Source of the DNA: an uncultured Planctomycetota bacterium
GTDB lineage: Bacteria; Planctomycetota; JACQVV01; CAZANL01
Direction of reading: 5' to 3'
DNA: 13,403 nucleotides
Assembly: GCA_964566865.1 (NCBI GenBank)
Contig: CAZMLI010000093.1
Span: forward strand, 1-13,403
Shown here in pieces: positions 7,917-13,403 of the stretch (within the stretch, counting starts at the first letter, position 1; every line of letters starts with the position of its first letter). A model generated the notes under the pieces. The model saw nothing but the letters and a program-made list of their open reading frames with translations, searched no databases and was not told the DNA's origin. Made by a program: the position numbers and the translations under genes.

Positions 7917-7932
7917 AGCAATTGGCGTGCCC
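7917..7932 (-). promoter_or_regulatory. Sigma-54 (-24/-12) promoter oriented toward the amidase gene
   Basis: On the minus strand, the revcomp of 7917-7932 reads GGGCACGCCAATTGCT, which is GGCACG-N4-TTGCT against the consensus TGGCACG-N4-TTGCW. The GG is at 7931-7930 and the GC at 7919-7918. The predicted TSS is near 7906, giving a 23-nt leader (GCAUCCUAACCAAGGAGGCUCAA) that contains the SD before ATG 7883. Confidence 0.6.
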
Positions 7933-7949
7933 CTGCCGAAATAAATTCT

Positions 7950-7973
7950 CAAGTCATTGATACCAAATGACTT
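7950..7973. promoter_or_regulatory. IHF-like site inside an 8-bp perfect inverted repeat (AAGTCATT-N7-AATGACTT) in an AT-rich island
   Basis: The revcomp of 7950-7962 is TATCAATGACTTG, an exact fit to the IHF consensus WATCAANNNNTTR. It is centred about -50 relative to the predicted sigma-54 TSS. The inverted-repeat arms are at 7951-7958 and 7966-7973. The region 7938-7975 is conspicuously AT-rich in a 70% GC background. Confidence 0.45.
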
Positions 7974-7997
7974 GCATGGTTGACGGCCGCATGCGGC

Positions 7998-8044
7998 GGC
8001 GGAAAAACCGCCGTGGCGAGCGGGGCTGTGGCGGAAAAACCGCC
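7998..8044. repeat. Two tandem copies of a palindromic hairpin repeat GGCGG-AAAAA-CCGCC, candidate UAS/enhancer sites
   Basis: Copy 1 is at 7998-8012 and copy 2 at 8030-8044. The centres are 32 bp apart, about three helical turns. They lie about -99 and -131 relative to the predicted sigma-54 TSS, immediately upstream of the bEBP start codon. Flanking bases extend each stem (c7997/g8013; c8026-g8029 with c8045-g8048). Confidence 0.6.
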
Positions 8045-8066
8045 GCGGATTTGCTCTAATGGCCGC

Positions 8067-10150
<2,084 letters not shown>

Positions 10151-10154
<4 letters not shown>

Positions 10155-11221
10155 GCGATCTGACCGCGGCCGAGCTGGCCCTGGTCGCGACCCTGACACA
10201 AGAGAAGCTGCTCTCCCCAGCGGCATTGAGCGCGACCCTCGGCCGACGCCGCGAACTGCCGCACCTGATCGATGCGCTGCTCGAGACGCTCGCCATCTCG
10301 GCGAACGAGATCGAGGGCGCGCTCTCGCGCAGCGGCCTGTCGCTGCTACTGTGCAGCGCCTGCAGCCGCGACTGGCTGGCGCGCCTGGGCGAAGGCTGTC
10401 CCGACTGCGGCCAGGCCGGCGAGTCCCGACCGCTGCTGTCCCGCATCGGGCGCTATCGGGTGCTGCGCGAGCTGGGCCAGGGCGGCATGGGCGTGATCTA
10501 CGAGGCGCTCGACGAACGGCTCGGGCGCAACGTCGCGATCAAGTTGATTCGCGATCCAGGCAGTCGACATCGGCCGCACACTCGCGGCGCTGGAGAGATC
10601 TTTGAATCGGGCCGAAACGCTGGCGGCGCTGCCCGGCAGCCCCGAGCCCGTGCTCTGGCGCTTGATCGGCGCCGGCTGGTATCTGCTCGGCTGGACCGAG
10701 CGCGCCGAGCGGGCGCTGCGACTTGCCCCCGAGGATGCCAGGGCCCGCTACTACATGGCCCGCATCGCGCTCGACCGCGCGCGCATCGCGCTGGCCGGCG
10801 GCCCGAGGGGCCGGACCGCCCGCTCGCGCAGTCAACTGCGTCAGGCGCTGCAGCTACTGCAAAGCGCCAGCGCTGCGGCCAGTCCGCTGGACCGCCAGGT
10901 CTGCCAGGCCTGCAGGACTACCGGGGCGCGCTGGCCGACTTCAACCGCGCACTCGTGCTCAAACCCGATGGGCCGGCGGCGCTGTTCAATCGCGGGCGAA
11001 CCCACGCGATGATGGGCGATCTGACCGCGGCCGTCCGCGACTACCGCGCGCTGCTGGCGCGTCAGCCGAAGTTCGCAGGCGCCTGGCTCTCTCTGGATCG
11101 CGCGCTGGCCGCACTCGGCAAGCGCGAGGACGCGCTGGTGACATTGCGCACCGGCCGCGCGCTGGCCAAGGGGCCGCTACGCGCACAGTTCGACGCCTCG
11201 ATCGCGCATCTCAGCAAATAA
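10151..11221 (+). pseudogene. Decayed paralog of the 2259..5294 Ser/Thr kinase-TPR gene: intact N-terminal module, Cys4 zinc ribbon and kinase subdomains I-II, then two large internal deletions with frame changes, ending in about 2 TPRs and the conserved C-terminus
   Basis: The start GTG at 10151 overlaps the bEBP stop (GTGA). Frame 1 residues 1-134 align to kinase A residues 1-105 (LTAAELALVATL / IGRYRVLRELGQGGMGVIYEA / VAIKLIRD against LTAAEMSLIGTL / IGRYKLLREIARGAMGTVHLA / VALKVLDN). After about 10550, frame 1 becomes R/P/G-rich nonsense. Homology to A residues about 398-470 continues in frame 3 (10548-11012: DIGRTLAALERSL...LIGAGWYLLGW...APEDARARYYMARIALDRARIAL against DIRARITELTRAL...LCGIGWYLTGQ...NPEDGWVNQTLGRIQLERALAAL). 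Frame 1 is homologous again from about 10900 (QDYRGALADFNRALVLKPDGPAALFNRG... against NYQGALTDFNRLIKLAP... and the shared C-terminal LDRALAALGKREDALVTLR / YAALLGTLQRFEEALAPLR). The catalytic loop, DFG, APE and TM are absent. Confidence 0.55.
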
Positions 11222-11358
11222 CTGAACCTCAATCGATCGCCGGGGTTTAGACCTGGCCGTTACGCGTTCGCTCCCGACCAGCGGCGCGCCCGACCTCACC
11301 CTGTGATCGGTAGGGCGTGTTCCGTGAATGGACTCTGAAACGGAACGTCGTGTTTCGA

Positions 11359-11430
11359 CAATGGCTAGCTCAATGGAAGAGCACCGGCCCATTAATCCGG
11401 AAGTTGCAGGTTCGAATCCTGTGCCCACGC
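11359..11430 (+). ncRNA. tRNA-like element (probable degenerate tRNA/pseudo-tRNA): consensus D-arm and T-arm, imperfect acceptor and anticodon stems
   Basis: The D-arm TAGCTCAATGGAAGAGCA is at 11366-11383. The T-arm GCAGG-TTCGAAT-CCTGT is at 11406-11422 and is followed by GCCCACG-C. The putative 5' acceptor CAATGGC pairs with the 3' strand GCCCACG at only 4 of 7 positions. The anticodon arm CCGGC-CCATTAA-TCCGG has a C-U mismatch closing the stem, C rather than U at position 33, and a non-standard anticodon ATT. The order of D-arm before T-arm fixes the + strand. Confidence 0.4.
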
Positions 11431-11631
11431 TTGAAAGGCGATCGAGGGGTTTTGGTTGGAGGGGGGCGGCCGTCGCGCCTGCCCGTCCGCTGTCAGACCG
11501 TCAGTCGGACTGATCGCGGGCAGCATGCGACGGCGCCCTGCAGCATGCGGATACCGCCGGGACCAGAAGTCTGTGAGCAGTCGGGAACAGACGGCGGCAC
11601 CGGCTCAAGTAGTGCTCCGCGCTAGAGGTGT

Positions 11632-11668
11632 GGTGGACCGGTGGTCCGCCTCCCGAAGACCTTTTTTT
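11632..11668 (+). terminator. Terminator-like hairpin plus U7 tract inside the 5' leader of the SPFH gene (possible attenuator)
   Basis: The stem GGTGGACC (11632-11639) pairs with GGTCCGCC (11643-11650) with one G-U pair. TTTTTTT at 11662-11668 lies 11 nt downstream. Only 33 nt separate the T-run from ATG 11702. A small second hairpin CGCAC-cacga-GTGCG (11674-11688) abuts the SD GGGAGGG. Confidence 0.35.
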
Positions 11669-11701
11669 ACTCACGCACCACGAGTGCGGGAGGGTGAACC
11701 G

Positions 11702-12796
11702 ATGCTGATGATTCGTAAGTTCAAGGTTCGTGAGCACGAGCGGGGCTTCCTGTTCCGTGACCGCGAGTTCGTCAAGATCCTGCAGCCGGGCGTCTACCGC
11801 CACTTCGATCCGCTGTACAAGCTGCGTGTCGACCTGGTGAACGTGCGCAAGCCGTGGATCGAGCACGACGAGCTGGACGTGATCCTCAAGTCCGGACCCA
11901 ACGGCAAGGAGATGCGTGTGCTCGACCTGGCTGACGATCAGCGTGCGCTGGTCTGGATCGACGGCCGCTTCGCCGCGGTCGTCGGCCCGGGACTGTCGGC
12001 GCTGTGGACGGTTTTTCAGAGCGTCCAGGTCGAGATCGTCGACGCGCGTGAGGTGCGGTTCGAGCACGGTAGGCTGACGGCGATGCTGGACAGCCCGCTA
12101 CTGCACACGCACGAGGTCGCGCACGGCGAGGTCGCCCTGTACTTCCATGACGGCGCGTACCAGACGACCCTGAGTCCGGGTACGCACGCCTTCTGGACGG
12201 GCCAGGGCAAGGTCCTGTTGCGCAGTGTGGATCTGCGTGAGCGGATGCTGGATGTCAACGGTCAGGAGATGATGACCGCTGACAAGGTGACGTTGCGACT
12301 GAATGCGGTCGTGACCTTCAAGGTGACCGACCCGTTGCGGGCGGTGACCGAGACGGCCGACTTCACGCAGGCGCTGTACCGTGACGCGCAGCTGATCCTG
12401 CGGGCCGCGGTCGGTGCGCGCGAGCTGGATACCTTGCTCAGTGAGAAGACGGCGCTGGCGGAGGAGCTGGCCGAGGCGCTGGTCGGTCGTGCTGCGGAGT
12501 ATGGCGTTACAGTAGGACGGGTGGGAATCCGTGACGTGATCCTGCCCGGCGAGATGAAGGACCTGATGAACCAGGTCATCGAAGCTCGCAAGGCTGCGGA
12601 GGCGCAGCTGGTGACGCGTCGGGAGGAGACGGCCGCCATGCGGTCCCAGGCCAATACGGCCAAGATCCTGGAGGCCAACCCGACGCTGATGCGCCTGCGT
12701 GAGCTGGAGGTACTGGAGAAGGTTGCCGAGTTTGGCAAGCTGAACCTGGTGGTCGGAGAGAAGGGATTGACCGACCGGGTGATGAACCTGCTCTAG
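11702..12796 (+). CDS. SPFH/band-7 (stomatin/prohibitin-like) domain protein without a TM helix, with an N-terminal extension made of extra copies of the SPFH N-terminal beta-hairpin segment (364 aa)
   Basis: The SD GGGAGGG (11688-11694) precedes ATG 11702 (MLMIRKFKVREHERGFLF). The track ORF starts at TTG 11456, but that extension is R/A/G-rich junk. SPFH core: NGQEMMTADKVTLRLNAVVTFKVTDPLRAV...AQLILRAAVGARELDTLLSEKTALAEEL...YGVTVGRVGIRDVILPGEMKDLMNQVIEARKAAEAQ...AEFGKLNLVV. The N-terminal extension repeats a motif three times: GFLFRDREFVKILQPGVYRHFDP / ALVWIDGRFAAVVGPGLSALWTV / ALYFHDGAYQTTLSPGTHAFWTG. Confidence 0.85.
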   Translation: MLMIRKFKVREHERGFLFRDREFVKILQPGVYRHFDPLYKLRVDLVNVRKPWIEHDELDVILKSGPNGKEMRVLDLADDQRALVWIDGRFAAVVGPGLSALWTVFQSVQVEIVDAREVRFEHGRLTAMLDSPLLHTHEVAHGEVALYFHDGAYQTTLSPGTHAFWTGQGKVLLRSVDLRERMLDVNGQEMMTADKVTLRLNAVVTFKVTDPLRAVTETADFTQALYRDAQLILRAAVGARELDTLLSEKTALAEELAEALVGRAAEYGVTVGRVGIRDVILPGEMKDLMNQVIEARKAAEAQLVTRREETAAMRSQANTAKILEANPTLMRLRELEVLEKVAEFGKLNLVVGEKGLTDRVMNLL

Positions 12797-12804
12797 AGAG
12801 AGGC

Positions 12805-12831
12805 GGGGCCGGGAGCTTTGCTCCCGGCCCC
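12805..12831. terminator. Perfect 11-12 bp GC-rich hairpin (GGGGCCGGGAG-cTTTGc-CTCCCGGCCCC) between convergent SPFH and lipoprotein genes
   Basis: The perfect inverted repeat at 12805-12831 starts 9 nt after the SPFH stop (12794-12796). It has no adjacent T-tract on + and a CT-rich tract on -. A second bulged hairpin with CTTTTTCTT lies at about 12873-12900. Confidence 0.45.
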
Positions 12832-12907
12832 CTGCTCATTGGAGGCCTTTGTGGCGCGGCGAGCTCTTGTCAGGCGATGCACGACCGCCCTGCTTTTTCT
12901 TGCCTCG

Positions 12908-13267
12908 TCATGAGTTGAACGAGGTGATACGTGGTGGCGTCATCGTCGAAGCCCGCAGCGATGCCGCCACCCGTTCCAGGAGCTTCTTCAAGTCTTCCGA
13001 CGACAGCACTGTCAGGGATAGCGCCAGCGGATCGACTTCCAGGCGTTCCTTCACGTCTGCCGGCGACAGCGATACCATGGAGAGCCGCGCCAGATCGCCA
13101 GGTTCGAAAAGAACTGCGTCTAGTTCTTCCGGGGTCAGACTCTTGCCGTCGGGAATGATGACTCTCTTCCCGGCTCCGACAGGCACCAGCTGCGACATCG
13201 CAACGCGCCTGGTGCTGCATGCCGTCAAGCTCAGCAGAGCTAATAGAATGAGCGCCGGTCTGTTCAT
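12908..13267 (-). CDS. Small lipoprotein of unknown function (about 119 aa)
   Basis: Track ORF 12908..13288(-). The preferred start is Met8 (ATG at 13267), which gives MNRPALILLALLSLTAC with a classic n-region, h-region and LTAC lipobox. There is no strong SD at either candidate start. The stop TGA (revcomp) is at 12908-12910. The mature protein is acidic and L/E/D-rich with no recognisable domain. Confidence 0.55.
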   Translation of the reverse strand: MNRPALILLALLSLTACSTRRVAMSQLVPVGAGKRVIIPDGKSLTPEELDAVLFEPGDLARLSMVSLSPADVKERLEVDPLALSLTVLSSEDLKKLLERVAASLRASTMTPPRITSFNS

Positions 13268-13403
13268 TGCCCAAATGGAATCAGCCATCGGTCACCGGGA
13301 TGTCACGGGCCTGACAGGTGATGCTGGTAAAATTCCAGCATGTCCGACAGCTCGCGAATCAGTCCGACTGCGCATTACACGGGGTTTGTCTGGCATCGCC
13401 ATG

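Noticed and set aside
7913-7927. Sigma-54-like match read on the + strand (TGGCGTGCCCCTGCC), which would drive the bEBP
   Set aside because: It is much weaker than the reverse-strand reading GGCACG-N4-TTGCT of essentially the same bases. The minus-strand orientation also gives a sensible leader and SD for the amidase.
7998-8044. A possible CRISPR or other repeat array
   Set aside because: There are only two copies of a 15-bp palindrome with no spacers of CRISPR size. No CRISPR-like periodic repeats occur anywhere in the window.
7980-8066. TTG 7980 as the start of the bEBP (29 extra residues MTAACGGGKTAVASGAVAEKPPRICSNGR)
   Set aside because: These codons are exactly the two GGCGGAAAAACCGCC repeats, giving a G/A/K-rich peptide with no SD. 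The GAF domain begins shortly after Met 8067. The start remains somewhat uncertain. GTG 8013 is another in-frame option.
10602-11250. ORFs 10602..11012 (136 aa) and 10723..11250 (175 aa) as independent genes
   Set aside because: ORF 10602..11012 is not a gene but the frame-3 continuation of the decayed kinase paralog. It carries the homology to the parent linker region. ORF 10723..11250 is an Arg/Pro/Ala-rich shadow frame.
11177-11625. Small ORFs spanning the tRNA-like element (11177..11428 -, 11317..11625 +, 11328..11513 +), and a minus-strand tRNA
   Set aside because: Peptides such as GFEPATSG and VAGSNP are the usual translations of tRNA T-arms. The D-arm precedes the T-arm only on the + strand, so a minus-strand tRNA is excluded.
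11456-11701. The 82-codon N-terminal extension of the SPFH ORF from TTG 11456
   Set aside because: It is R/A/G/S-rich with no motif and it contains the terminator-like hairpin and T7 run. The SPFH homology and a strong SD begin at ATG 11702.
12870-13274. ORF 12870..13274(-) of 134 aa overlapping the lipoprotein gene in another frame
   Set aside because: It has no signal or motif. The overlapping frame 12908..13267 has a textbook lipoprotein signal peptide.

Overview
This 13.4 kb window is about 70% GC and looks like a signalling-rich bacterial chromosome region, most likely from a myxobacterium or a similar Gram-negative with many Hanks-type kinases and sigma-54 activators. The taxon is inferred from gene content, not demonstrated. 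I can support eight protein-coding loci, one RNA-like element and several regulatory elements. In order along the window: (1) a membrane Ser/Thr kinase with an N-terminal zinc-ribbon-like motif and C-terminal HEAT/PBS-lyase-like repeats (51..2222, -). (2) A divergent membrane Ser/Thr kinase with a long C-terminal TPR array (2259..5294, +), only 36 bp away from gene 1. (3) A lipoprotein with an Ig-like domain fused to a gastric/lysosomal acid-lipase-family alpha/beta hydrolase (5373..6794, +). (4) A secreted N-acetylmuramoyl-L-alanine amidase (Amidase_2/PGRP fold) with two SH3b cell-wall-binding domains (6876..7883, -). (5) A sigma-54 activator (bEBP) with GAF, degenerate GGDEF, AAA+ and Fis-HTH domains (8067..10154, +). 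(6) A decayed, internally deleted and frameshifted paralog of the TPR kinase, overlapping the bEBP gene by 4 bp (10151..11221, +). (7) A tRNA-like element with consensus D- and T-arms but a broken acceptor stem (about 11359..11430, +). (8) An SPFH/band-7 protein with a triplicated N-terminal segment (11702..12796, +), and a small lipoprotein (12908..13267, -). The most interesting feature is the 183-bp bEBP/amidase intergenic region. On the strand of the amidase gene it carries a near-consensus sigma-54 -24/-12 promoter, a perfect IHF-consensus match, and two tandem palindromic hairpin repeats at upstream-activator distance. Together with the GGDEF domain inside the bEBP, which has lost its catalytic motif but kept an I-site (RxxD) at the expected position, this suggests an undescribed circuit in which c-di-GMP gates sigma-54-dependent expression of a secreted peptidoglycan lysin. 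There is no CRISPR array and no recognisable transposase or integrase in the window.
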